From contig JBBRNJ010000001.1 of the NCBI GenBank assembly GCA_038230375.1, positions 224,001-288,000 on the forward strand: 64,000 bases of DNA. Direction: 5' to 3'. The notes under the pieces were generated by a model that was not told where the DNA came from, searched no databases, and worked only from the letters and a program-made list of their open reading frames with translations. Both the position numbers and the translations under genes were made by a program. The stretch comes from Polyangiales bacterium (GTDB lineage: Bacteria > Myxococcota_A > Polyangia > Polyangiales > Polyangiaceae). Shown here one piece after another: positions 34,811 through 45,100 of this stretch; within the stretch, counting starts at the first letter, position 1; the number at the start of each line of letters is the position of its first letter.

Positions 34811-36567
34811 GTTGGCGGCCGCCGAATGGGAACGACCTCGACCCACGGCGCCTGCGGGAGGGTGCGCATGCGATAGAACTCCCGATCGGGATAGCTAGCC
34901 CGCAGGCTGCTCTCCACGTTCACGGCGTCGATCAGGATCAGCACGTCATCGGAGTAGTCGGGCCGCGTCGGTCGCCAGTGGTAGACCTGGGTGCCGCGAT
35001 ACTTGAACGGCGGAATGCTGAGCCACGCAGCAGTGTATCCAGGAGCCAGGACGACAGCATGATGCAGCGTCGCGACTGACCCGTAGAGGGTCTCATGGAT
35101 CCGCGCCTGCTGGCGGAGCGCATACGCGTTCCATCCGGTGAACATGAAGAGTGACAGGGCGATCCCGGGCACGAGCGTGGAGAGCGCACCATGCACGGGG
35201 ATTCGCCTGGCCTGAACCATCCTGGTCACCCGCTCGGCGCCGTGGACCGCGAGCACCGTGAGCGACATGGCCGTGTCGATCGAGTGCGTCGGACCGAAGG
35301 TGTGCACCCCCGGATGCTCGTGGAACATGGCCACCAGGAGCAGCATGACGACCCCGAGCGCCAGCCGCCGCGTGAACGCGTCCGTCCACGCGCCGATCCC
35401 AGCAAGCCCGACCCCGACGGGACCGAGGAACCAGACGCACAGAAGGAAGAAGTTATATCCGGAGTTCGCGCCGAAGCGGAGCCACAGGCGCGACGGATCC
35501 CACAGCTTCGTCGAGGCAGGGCCCGAGTAGTGGATGGTGCTCGGACCGTGACGCGGCAGCTGCCATGGCACGCCCGTCACTGCCCACGCATGCAGCGCCA
35601 GGATGGCAAGCGGGATGGCCGCGCCCGCGATCAAACCCAGGAGCACCGTGCGGAGCCGCCCCGTGCGCCATGCGGTCCACAGCGTGCCCAGGACCAGCGG
35701 CGCGAAGAGCGTGGTGGTCTCGTACACGCGGCACATGAACGCAGTGCCGAGCGCAAGACCGAACAGCGCCCACGCGCCCTGCGTGCCCTTGGCCTCGGCG
35801 CGCACGTACGCGTAGAGCGAGGCCGCGATCGCCGCGCGGGAAAGGATGTGCGCATGCGTGGTGAACGAGAGCGACAGCATCATTGGTGACGCCACGAACA
35901 GCACCACCGCGAGCACGCCCCACGCGACGCCGAGACGCCTCGCGATCAGTGCGGCAAGGAAGGGGACTGGCACCGCAGCCGCGAGCGCGAAGATCCAGGG
36001 CCCCGTATGTGTCAACTCGGAGAACGCCCAGGCAAGCTGCACTCCCAGGAATTCGAACGACGTCCACTCCGGCCCGTTCGAGAAGAAGAACACACCAGGG
36101 AACGCCTCCCGCGGCACCGGCCGCTGCACCATGACCTTCCCCAGCGCCAGGACCTGTCCCCCGAACCGCGACGTGGTCTCGTCGTCGGTGACGGGAAAAT
36201 CCGCGAGCACGACCGCATGCGCGGCCCGCGAGGCAATCGCGAAGATCGCTGCCGCCAGGAACACGAGACGAAGGCGCGCGCGCGACGAGAGACCGAGGAG
36301 CCAGGCGTGCAAGCGGGTGAGACCGGCAGCGCTCTGCGCGGAGAACGCCCAGGCGACAAGCAGGCCCGCCGGAAGAAGAAGCAGCTCGCTCGCGAGCCAG
36401 AACATGGACTCGCCGGCACTGCTCTCGTTGCTGTCGCGAACAAGGACATCGATGCCCGCGTCCGTCTTCCCGAGCGCAAAAAACGCGGCGATCAGGGTGA
36501 TGCCGGCCCCGAGAGCCCACCACCTGATCCGGTTGGCCCGCGGCGGCGTCGGCGGACGAACACCCAT
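34807..36567 (-). CDS. GT-C fold (ArnT/PMT-like) membrane glycosyltransferase
   Basis: More than 10 TM helices; acidic PVTDDE loop after an early TM helix. Confidence 0.65.
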   Translation of the reverse strand: MGVRPPTPPRANRIRWWALGAGITLIAAFFALGKTDAGIDVLVRDSNESSAGESMFWLASELLLLPAGLLVAWAFSAQSAAGLTRLHAWLLGLSSRARLRLVFLAAAIFAIASRAAHAVVLADFPVTDDETTSRFGGQVLALGKVMVQRPVPREAFPGVFFFSNGPEWTSFEFLGVQLAWAFSELTHTGPWIFALAAAVPVPFLAALIARRLGVAWGVLAVVLFVASPMMLSLSFTTHAHILSRAAIAASLYAYVRAEAKGTQGAWALFGLALGTAFMCRVYETTTLFAPLVLGTLWTAWRTGRLRTVLLGLIAGAAIPLAILALHAWAVTGVPWQLPRHGPSTIHYSGPASTKLWDPSRLWLRFGANSGYNFFLLCVWFLGPVGVGLAGIGAWTDAFTRRLALGVVMLLLVAMFHEHPGVHTFGPTHSIDTAMSLTVLAVHGAERVTRMVQARRIPVHGALSTLVPGIALSLFMFTGWNAYALRQQARIHETLYGSVATLHHAVVLAPGYTAAWLSIPPFKYRGTQVYHWRPTRPDYSDDVLILIDAVNVESSLRASYPDREFYRMRTLPQAPWVEVVPIRRPPT

Positions 36568-36651
36568 CGTGGCGGAGCCTACGTCAGTTGGTGCTCATGG
36601 TGCAAGCGCGCGGCCTTGACTGCCGCTGGACGAGCATGCAACCTCGCCGCT

Positions 36652-37998
36652 GTGGCCGACGCGGCAAAAAACGAGCGGCCATCTGCTCCGTTTCGCAGTG
36701 CGAAATCGAGACCCGCCACCGCCGAGGATCTCTATCTGATCCTGCTCACGGTCGCATCCTGCGGCGTGCGTCTGTGGTTTGCGTTCTGGGTGCACATTCC
36801 ACGCCTCTACGTCTTCTCGGACATGGAGATCTACTGGCACCGCGCGGCATCACTGGCGAGCGGAACGCTCACGCAGGAGACGGCGTTCACGCCGCTGGGA
36901 TATCCCGCCTTTCTCGCGCTCTCAACGACGCTCTTCGGTGCCGAGCGCTACACCGGCGCCGCCGCGGTCCAGGCGTTGCTCTCGGGGCTCGTGCCACTCC
37001 TCGTTCACCTCATCGTGAAGAAGGTGGCGTCGCGTGCGGCGGCAACGCTCGCCTCCTCGATGGCGGCGCTGCATGTCCCGCTCGTGGTCTACACGGGCTA
37101 CTTCCTCACCGAGAGCCTGTTCTCGTTCTTCATCTGTCTCTTCGCGTGGCTCTGCGCCAAACATGCAGCGGATCCTCGTCGCTGGGTCGCCATCGCGGCA
37201 GGTGCGTCGTTCGCGTACGCCGCGGCGCTGCGGCCGAGCGCGCTGCTCTTCCTGGTCCTCGCCGTTCCGTGGGTCCTTCGCAACAAGGGGACCAGCCGGC
37301 CGCTTCGAGCTCCGATCCTGACGGCAGCAGGCCTCACATTCGTGCTCTGCCTTGGGGTCACCATGGCGGTGGGCCGACCGACGGCGATCGCGACGAACGG
37401 CGGTGTCAACCTGTACCTGTCGGTCTGCGAGTGCGGAGGCGTGGTCTTCACGAAGGGCCGCGAGGTCCGTGCCGTCACGGCCGCTTTCAATTTCAGGCAC
37501 TACAAGGGCATGGTCACCTTCGATCGTGCGGCAGAGGACTCTTCGTTCTTCACGGGGGAGGCGCTGTCGCTCGTCGCACGTGACCCCGCGCGGCTCCTGC
37601 ACAGCGGCTCGCATCTCGTCGACGGACTGGGGCTCGGCCACACCGGTGCGTTCCCGGATCAGCCTTACTGGCCCGGCCTTCCTGGCAGTGACACGCTCAT
37701 GGGCGTGTATGGGCGCCTGCCCTTCGTGTTCGGTTGGGCTCCCGCGCTCGTGCTGATGGTCGTCGCGCGCGTGCGAAGGATCCCGCTGGGTACGGCCGGC
37801 GCGCTCCTCGGTCTGCTCCTCGGCTCGGTGTTGCTCGCGCTCCTCTTCTTCGCGGGGGATCCTCGCGTACGAGTCTCCATGGACCCGATCGCCCTCGCCG
37901 CCGCCGCGACCTTCCTGGATGCGCTCGCCGGTCCTCGTATTCTGCTGGCTGCACGCGGGCTCTCACGTGCCGTAGCGGCTCGCCTCGCACGCAGGTAG
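36652..37998 (+). CDS. GT-C fold (GT39-like) membrane glycosyltransferase
   Basis: FSDMEIY, PLGYPAFL, LTESLF, LRPSAL, TNGGVNLY; multiple TM helices. Confidence 0.7.
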   Translation: MADAAKNERPSAPFRSAKSRPATAEDLYLILLTVASCGVRLWFAFWVHIPRLYVFSDMEIYWHRAASLASGTLTQETAFTPLGYPAFLALSTTLFGAERYTGAAAVQALLSGLVPLLVHLIVKKVASRAAATLASSMAALHVPLVVYTGYFLTESLFSFFICLFAWLCAKHAADPRRWVAIAAGASFAYAAALRPSALLFLVLAVPWVLRNKGTSRPLRAPILTAAGLTFVLCLGVTMAVGRPTAIATNGGVNLYLSVCECGGVVFTKGREVRAVTAAFNFRHYKGMVTFDRAAEDSSFFTGEALSLVARDPARLLHSGSHLVDGLGLGHTGAFPDQPYWPGLPGSDTLMGVYGRLPFVFGWAPALVLMVVARVRRIPLGTAGALLGLLLGSVLLALLFFAGDPRVRVSMDPIALAAAATFLDALAGPRILLAARGLSRAVAARLARR

Positions 37999-38008
37999 AC
38001 TCGCCGCC

Positions 38009-40603
38009 ATGCGCGTCGACCGTCCCGTGGGAATCGATCTGGGCACCACCAACTCCGAGATCGCGCTGCTGCATCCGGCCGAGTCGCAGATCCTGCTCTA
38101 CGAGGACAAGTTCGGGCGCAAGACGTTCCCGTCCGCGCTCGCCTGGGACGCGAAGGCTGACGGCGGCAACGGCGCGATGCTCGTGGGGCATCCGGCGCGC
38201 GCGAGGCGTGGCAAGGACCCGGGCCCCATCGAGTCCATCAAGCGCAAGATGGGCCAGCGCAGCACCGTCACGGTTGGCCCGCAGGAGCTGTCGCCCGAGG
38301 AGGTGTCGTCGCGGATCCTGGCCGCGCTTCGAACCAACATGTCGGAGTTCATGGCGCAGCGCACGAGCGACGGCGTCACCATGACCGTCACGCGCGCCGT
38401 GATCACCGTGCCCGCATACTTCGATGCACCGCAGGTGGAGGCGACGCACAAGGCGGGTGAGCTCGCCGGGCTCCTTGTACTGGGCATCCTTCAGGAGCCG
38501 ACGGCCGCGGCGATCTACCACACGTGGAAGGAGAAGCTCGGCGATGGGAACTTCCTCGTCTACGACCTGGGCGGCGGCACGTTCGACGTGTCCGTTCTCC
38601 GTTGCCTTGGCGGCGAGTACCAGGTGCTCGCGATCGACGGCGACAACTTCCTCGGCGGCGACGACTTCGATCGCGCGTTCGCCACCTGGCTGAAGACGGA
38701 GCTCGAGAAGGGCGGCTACGCGCTGGACCTCCACATCCGCGACGACGCGGACGACGCATTCCGCTTCTCGCGCCTCCGCAACCTGGCGCAGGAGATCAAG
38801 GAGCAGCTCGCAGGCAAGGACGTCGTCAGCGTGTCCAAGCAGGACTTCATGACGGACAAGAACGGCGAGAGCGTGAGCTTCGAGCGCGAGATCGGCCGCG
38901 CTGACTACGACGCCGTCGTCGCGAGCCTCGTGGAGACCACCATCACGAGCGCCGAACGCGCGCTCGGCAAGAGCCGTGAGACCGCGAACGTCGGCATCGA
39001 GGACATCGATCACATCGTGCTCGTCGGCGGCTCCACACGCCTGCCGCTCGTCATCCGTCGCGTCACGGAAGCGCTTGCAAACAAGGCCAAGAACCACACG
39101 GTCCTCCAGGACGAAGTGGACACGTGCGTGGCGCTCGGCGCTGCCGTTCACGCGGCGCAGCTCGGCGGGCTCACGCTCACCCTGGACGATTCGGCCGGAA
39201 GCCCCAGCGCCACGCTCCGTGGACCGCTCGTCGGTCAGGGAAAATCGCTCAGGCTCGCCGTGACGGTGAACGCGCCGGACAAGGTCGACTCCGTGGAGGT
39301 GCGCTCGGACGACAAGCCGGTCGCACGCGCCAAGATCGAGGACGGCGGTGCACGGCTCGACGTGCCGCTCGGCCCGGAGCAGGAGAACCGGCTGCAGCTG
39401 TTGCTCATGAGCGGCGACAAGGCCGTGGGCGAGCTTCCGTTCGCGCTCTATCGCGGCGACGCACGTCCGCGCGCATCTGCGCTCTCGCGACCATCGGTCG
39501 TCGCGAAGGACATCGCGATCGAGATCACGCGCGCCGGCCGCATCGACCGCCGCATCCTCATCCCCGAAGGCAGCGGCCTCCCCACGTCTGCGTTGCACAC
39601 GCTGTACACGGGTGATCAGAGCGGCGCCGTCGTGCTGCGCCTCTTGCAGAACCGCCTCCCCATCAAGACACTCGTGCTGGAGGTATCGAAGGACACGCCG
39701 GTGGGCACGCCCGTGTCGCTCATGCTCACGTGCGACGAGAGCATGCGCATCGAGGCGAAGGCGGAGATCCTGGGCCAGACGCTATGGGCCAAGGTCGATC
39801 GTCCGGAGCTCACGCGGTTCGAGTCACAGGATGCCGTGGACTCCCTCCTTGCAGAAGCGGAGGCCGCGGGGCGCGTCATGTGGGGCAGCTACGGCGACTA
39901 CTACCGCGTGGAGTCCAACAAGCTGCGCGCAGGCATCTCCGAGGTGCTTGCGACCGACCCCGACAAGCTCGAGGCGCTCTGTCAGCGGCTGCGCCTGCTC
40001 ATCGACGAGCTCCGAGGCCGCGGCGACTCCGATCTCTCGCCGCCGTACGAGCGCTTCGAGGAGACCGTGAACGCGCTCAAGATGGTGATCTACCGCGCGC
40101 CTGATCCGCTCGGGTCCATGTCGCGCGATCAGTGGGAGTCGCGCGTGCGCAGCCTGGAGGAGCGCGCCACCGCGGCCTTCCACGAGGGCGACGCGAGCGG
40201 CTGGCGGCGTTCGTGCAACGAAGCGCAGGCGCTCCTGGAGACCGCGCACCAGCAAGAGGTCTCGGGTCGCAAGCCGGACGATCCGGAGTATCTCCTTCGC
40301 CGCATCCAGGCCGTGAAGAGCCGCACGGGTCGGGCCGGTAAGGATCTCGCGGACGTGGTCCCGTCTGCATCGCCAGAGGTGCGCGCGTTGCAGCAGGCGG
40401 AGCAAGGACGCATCGCCACATGGCTGAACGAGAAGATCAATCCACGCATCGAGTCGCTCAAGCCCGCCGAGGAGGGCAGCGCCGTCGCGCTCCGTCAGTC
40501 GCTCGACGATCTGAACGCGGAGCTGCACCGCGTGGAGCTCGCGATCGAGCGATTGCCGAGCATCGGCCTTGTCACTGAAGCCTCCGGCGGCCGCAAGGCC
40601 TGA
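38009..40603 (+). CDS. Non-canonical Hsp70 family protein (864 aa)
   Basis: GIDLGTTNS, VITVPAYF, EPTAAA, YDLGGGTFDVS, LGGDDFD, LVGGSTRLP. Confidence 0.92.
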   Translation: MRVDRPVGIDLGTTNSEIALLHPAESQILLYEDKFGRKTFPSALAWDAKADGGNGAMLVGHPARARRGKDPGPIESIKRKMGQRSTVTVGPQELSPEEVSSRILAALRTNMSEFMAQRTSDGVTMTVTRAVITVPAYFDAPQVEATHKAGELAGLLVLGILQEPTAAAIYHTWKEKLGDGNFLVYDLGGGTFDVSVLRCLGGEYQVLAIDGDNFLGGDDFDRAFATWLKTELEKGGYALDLHIRDDADDAFRFSRLRNLAQEIKEQLAGKDVVSVSKQDFMTDKNGESVSFEREIGRADYDAVVASLVETTITSAERALGKSRETANVGIEDIDHIVLVGGSTRLPLVIRRVTEALANKAKNHTVLQDEVDTCVALGAAVHAAQLGGLTLTLDDSAGSPSATLRGPLVGQGKSLRLAVTVNAPDKVDSVEVRSDDKPVARAKIEDGGARLDVPLGPEQENRLQLLLMSGDKAVGELPFALYRGDARPRASALSRPSVVAKDIAIEITRAGRIDRRILIPEGSGLPTSALHTLYTGDQSGAVVLRLLQNRLPIKTLVLEVSKDTPVGTPVSLMLTCDESMRIEAKAEILGQTLWAKVDRPELTRFESQDAVDSLLAEAEAAGRVMWGSYGDYYRVESNKLRAGISEVLATDPDKLEALCQRLRLLIDELRGRGDSDLSPPYERFEETVNALKMVIYRAPDPLGSMSRDQWESRVRSLEERATAAFHEGDASGWRRSCNEAQALLETAHQQEVSGRKPDDPEYLLRRIQAVKSRTGRAGKDLADVVPSASPEVRALQQAEQGRIATWLNEKINPRIESLKPAEEGSAVALRQSLDDLNAELHRVELAIERLPSIGLVTEASGGRKA

Positions 40604-42039
40604 TGGCCGGACTCCTCGACTCGATCGCGCTCGCCGCGGCAGAGAAGATCTGGCGCACCGCTGGACCCAGGGCCGGCATGCTCGCGTACCGGAACCTGCT
40701 CTCGCAGGACTCGGACACGACGCGCGCGCAGGCGATCCTCCGCGGCATCGACTGCGCCATGGAAGCAGGCGACGAGCAGGCCGCGTTCTCGTTCGCGGAA
40801 TCGTGGGGCTTCGTGCGCACCGGCGACCTGGCCGAGGACGTCGTCGTGTCCGCGGCGCGGCTGGAGGCGCGCGGATTCCAGCGTACGTGCCACCTCATCC
40901 TGGTCCGCGAGCACGAGCGAAAGCACGACCCGCGCGTGGGCTATGCGCTCGGCAGGGTCTGCCAGCGGCGCGGTCTGCCTGGCGATGCGCTGGCTGCGTT
41001 CACGTCGTGCATCGAGTCGAAGGGCGCGGCGAAGTCCATTCGGGACAGCGAGAAGCTGTTCGCTGCGGCGAGCCTCGAGGTCGCACGTGCACGCGCACGC
41101 GAGCCCGAGACGGCCGCATCCGCGACCGAGCTCGTGAAGAGCATCGACCCCGCGCTGCTCGTGCCGCGAAAAAAGATGCAACATGCACGCTTGCTCCTCG
41201 CATCCAAGAGCCGCTTCGAACGCGCAGGCGCGCTCTCCGCGCTCGCAGAGGTGGCCCGGCAGACGCCGGCGCTCGCGGCGGTGGCCGCGCAGATCGCTGC
41301 AGCGCATGCGGACCGCATGGGCCACGCGCTGACGCCGCTCGAGGCGGACCGCGTGGTGGCCGCGCTCGCCTCGTACACGGTGCCTGCGTCCGTCGCGCTG
41401 GCGCGCAAGCGGCTGGAGTCGCTGCGCAACGACGTGGGCGTCGTGGCCGCACTGGCAGAGGAGCGGCGCATCATGGACGATCCGGAGCTCGCGCCCCTGG
41501 TGGTGAAGGCGAAGGCTGTCCTCGCCGGTGGCTCCGGACCCGATGCCGCCGCCCGCGCGGATGCGAGCGCCGCGCTGCTGCTGACGGACCTTTCGCTCGC
41601 GGCGATCGCTGAGCACGGACGCGGCGCGCTGCGCGTCACCCGCCTGCGAGAGGTGCTCGCACTCGCCGCCGGTGACGTGCGTCCCTTCCCGCGGAGCGCA
41701 CTGACCCTCGCCATGCTCGCCCTTGGCAGCGACGATCGCTCGCTCCATCCGGAGGCCGCCACCCTAGCGGCACGCGCCATCGCGCTGGGTGCGGCGAGCC
41801 CGCGCGGTCTCTTGCCCATTGCCGCGCTGCTCGTCGCTCGGGGGGAAGATCTCGCCGCCGACCGAGCGCTCCGGCTTGCGGCCCAGCGCGACGAGCCTGG
41901 TGCTGACGATCGGCTCATGGACCTTCTCTGCCATCGCGGACGGCGCGCGCTGGCGAGCGGAGACCGTGTAACCGCCCTTGCCTGCCTTTCGGAGGCACGG
42001 GGCCGTCACTTATCGAAGCAGGGTGCCCCCCAGCGGTAA
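40603..42039 (+). CDS. Ala-rich helical (TPR-like) hypothetical protein
   Basis: Translationally coupled to the Hsp70 gene (TGATG); helical repeats. Confidence 0.65.
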   Translation: MAGLLDSIALAAAEKIWRTAGPRAGMLAYRNLLSQDSDTTRAQAILRGIDCAMEAGDEQAAFSFAESWGFVRTGDLAEDVVVSAARLEARGFQRTCHLILVREHERKHDPRVGYALGRVCQRRGLPGDALAAFTSCIESKGAAKSIRDSEKLFAAASLEVARARAREPETAASATELVKSIDPALLVPRKKMQHARLLLASKSRFERAGALSALAEVARQTPALAAVAAQIAAAHADRMGHALTPLEADRVVAALASYTVPASVALARKRLESLRNDVGVVAALAEERRIMDDPELAPLVVKAKAVLAGGSGPDAAARADASAALLLTDLSLAAIAEHGRGALRVTRLREVLALAAGDVRPFPRSALTLAMLALGSDDRSLHPEAATLAARAIALGAASPRGLLPIAALLVARGEDLAADRALRLAAQRDEPGADDRLMDLLCHRGRRALASGDRVTALACLSEARGRHLSKQGAPQR

Positions 42040-42124
42040 ATCCCGCCGATTTCCGTTCCATTCTGGGTGCTTCTGTCATCCATCAAATGAATGTACGCTG
42101 GACGTCCCGAGCGCCCGTCCGACG

Positions 42125-45100
42125 ATGCAGCCGCCCCAGAATCCGAAGCCACGCGCAGGTTCACCAGCCGCGCTGCCGACTTTCGACGCTCCCCTCCAGG
42201 CCGAGGAGGACATCCTCGAACAGCTGGTCACGGCCCTCTCGCGCGGGCAGCTCCCCGAGGACACCTGGGGTCGTCTCCACGAGGCGGCGCGCCGTGACGA
42301 TCGCCTGAGCGAGCTCGCGTTCGCCTACGAGTCCGTCTCCCAGGGGAAGCGCATCAAGACGCTCCTCCCCGCCGCCCTTGCCGAGTTCTACTTCCGCGCG
42401 GCACAGTTCTTCGGAGACGTCTTCGGCGACGACGTGGGCGCCACCGCGTATCTGGAGCGCGCCATCGTTGCCGCCCCGAACCATCAGGGCGCGTTCGACG
42501 CACTGGATACGCTCTTCACGAACGCCGACGCCAACAAGAAGCTCGCCGATCTGTGCGCGTCCGTGGCGCCGCACAAACCCAAGTCCGACCAGGCAGTGCT
42601 CTGGAAGCGCGCCGCCATCCTGTACGAGCGCGCGCAGATGGACGACAAGGCCATCGAGATGTACCAGGCGCTCCTTCGCGCCGAGCCGAGCAGCGCAACG
42701 GCGCGCGACGCGCTCGAAGCCCGGTATGTGCACGCGAACCGCTACAGGGACGTGGCTCGGCTGCTCGAGACCACGCTGGCCGCGGACCCGGATCCCGACC
42801 CGGAGGACGCGCTCAAGGTGCGCGGCCGGCTGATCGACGTGTACGCGAACCAGCTTCAGGAGCCGGAGCGGACGATCGGTCACGTGGAGGCAGTGCTTGC
42901 GGCAGATCCCACGCACGAAGGCGCGCTGCGCATGGGGGAGCGGCTCCTCACCGTGAAGGCGCTCGCGGCGCGCGCGGCGGCGGCCCTCGGTGGAGCCGTG
43001 ATCGCCATGGGCCGCGCCGAGGACGCGATCCCGTACATCGAGGTCGAGCTCGAGAACATCCGTGGCCCCAAGCGCAAGGAGCCACTCAAGCGGCTCGGCT
43101 TCATCAAGAAGGACACGCTCGACGACAAGCCGGGCGCGTACGAGTCGTTCGAGGCCGTCCTTGGCATCGACCCATCCGACGACGAGGTGCGGCAGGCGTT
43201 CTTCGACCTTGCGGTGGAGCTCTCCAAGGCGTCGGATGCTGCGCGCACACTTGGTCGCGTCCTCACCATGGCGAAGGACGCGCCAGCGCGCTCCAAGATC
43301 TCCGCCGAGATGGCCGACCTCTTGCGCATCTCTGGCGACGCCAAGCGCGCACGCGCCACGCATGCAGGTGTGATCGCGCTCGCGGGCGCAGCGCCCGAGG
43401 CGCTCCTCAGGTCCGCGCGCGCGCTCGCAGAGCTGTTCGAGGCCGAGGGTGATCAGCGTGCACTCGCCGAGATGCTGGAGAAGGTGGGCGGACTGTCCGC
43501 GGATCCAGAGGAGCGCCTGCGCACCAACGAGCGCCTCGCGGAGCTCGCGACGGGACCGCTCGCGGACACCACGAAGGCGATCGCGGCGTGGCGAAACCTG
43601 GTCGACTCCACCGCACGACCCCGCGCGCTCGCAGCGCTCGAGCCGCTCTACACGCAGGCCGAGAACTGGGCCGAGCTCGCGTTCGTCCTGGGCGAGCGAA
43701 GCAAGGACGCCACGGACGAGGACGAGTCCCGCGAGCTGGCCATGCGTGCCGCGGACATGTTCGCGCAGAAGACGCCGGAGAAGGAGCGCGCCACCGGCAT
43801 CCTCCTCGACCTCCTCGGTCGCCTCGGCCCGAACCGTGAGGTCAACGCGCGGCTTGCGCCGCTGCTCGAGGCGCAGAAGCGCTGGGACGACCTGGCGATG
43901 ATCCTGCAAGCCGAAGCGAGGCTCGGCGACGATCGCGAAGGCGCACTTTCGCTCGCGCGCCTTGGCGCCGTACGTGCAACGCGCCTCTCGGACGTCCCCG
44001 GCTCGATCACGGCGTACCGCGAAGCGCTCGATCGCGATCCGTCGGAAAAGACGAGCCGCGCAGCGCTCGAGCGGCTCCTCACGAGCAACGACCACAAGAT
44101 GGATGTGGCCGACGTGCTCGAGCCCGTCTACCGCGCGGACCTCCTTCGCGGAGACACGCACGCCACGAACGGCCTCCTCAAGATCCTCGAGCTCCGCGCC
44201 GACAGCCAGGCCATCGTCAGCGATCGCCTGGAAGCGCTGGGTGAGGCCGTGAGCATCGCGGAGAAGGTGTCGCCCGAGCGCGCACTGGAGCTCGCGGGCC
44301 GCGCCCTGCTCGAGGCCGTCGCCTCCGATGAGGCCGTGGAACAATGGCTTCATCGCACCGTCGCGGTCGCGGAGCGCGGCGTGGAGCCAAAGCGCCTTGC
44401 CGCTGTACTGTCCGCCGCGATCGGCGTGAAGGCGATCGAGACGCCACAAGAGCTCATGGTCGTCACGCGCGCGGCAGAGGCACACGCCGCCGCTGGCGAA
44501 GTGGGTCCAGCACTCACGCTGTATCGCAAGGCGCTCGCGTTCGCACCGCAGTCGGCAGACCTGGTGTCCCGCGTGGACGAGCTGCTGCAGGAGCAGGGCA
44601 ATCCGCAGGAGCGCGTGACGCTCTATCGCCACGCGCTCGAGCAGGGCGTGGAGCCCGCGCGGCGCAAGCAGCTCCTCGTCGCCATTGGCACGATCGAGCG
44701 CTCCGAGCTCGGAAACAAGCCGGCCGCGGTGCAGGCCTTCCGCGCGGTGCTCGGCCAGGATCCAGCGGACCGCGCGGCATACAAGGCGCTCACCGAGCTC
44801 TATGCGGAGCTCGAGCAGTGGGAGACGCTCTGCGATCTGTACGAAGACCACCTGGAGCACGCCGACGAGGACGACGGGCGCATCACCCGCGCCGACCTCG
44901 CCCTCACCTCCGCGCTGCACGACCAGACCGATCGCGCCATCATGCACGCGTTCGCGCTGCTCAAGGATCCCCAGCTGGACGACGCCGGCTTCGGCACCGT
45001 CGCGAAGGTGGCCGATCACCTGAAGGATGCAGAGCTGCAGCGCGCCGTCCTGGAGCGCGTCGTCGCGGTTGGCAGCGATCCGCTCGATCGGATCGACGCA

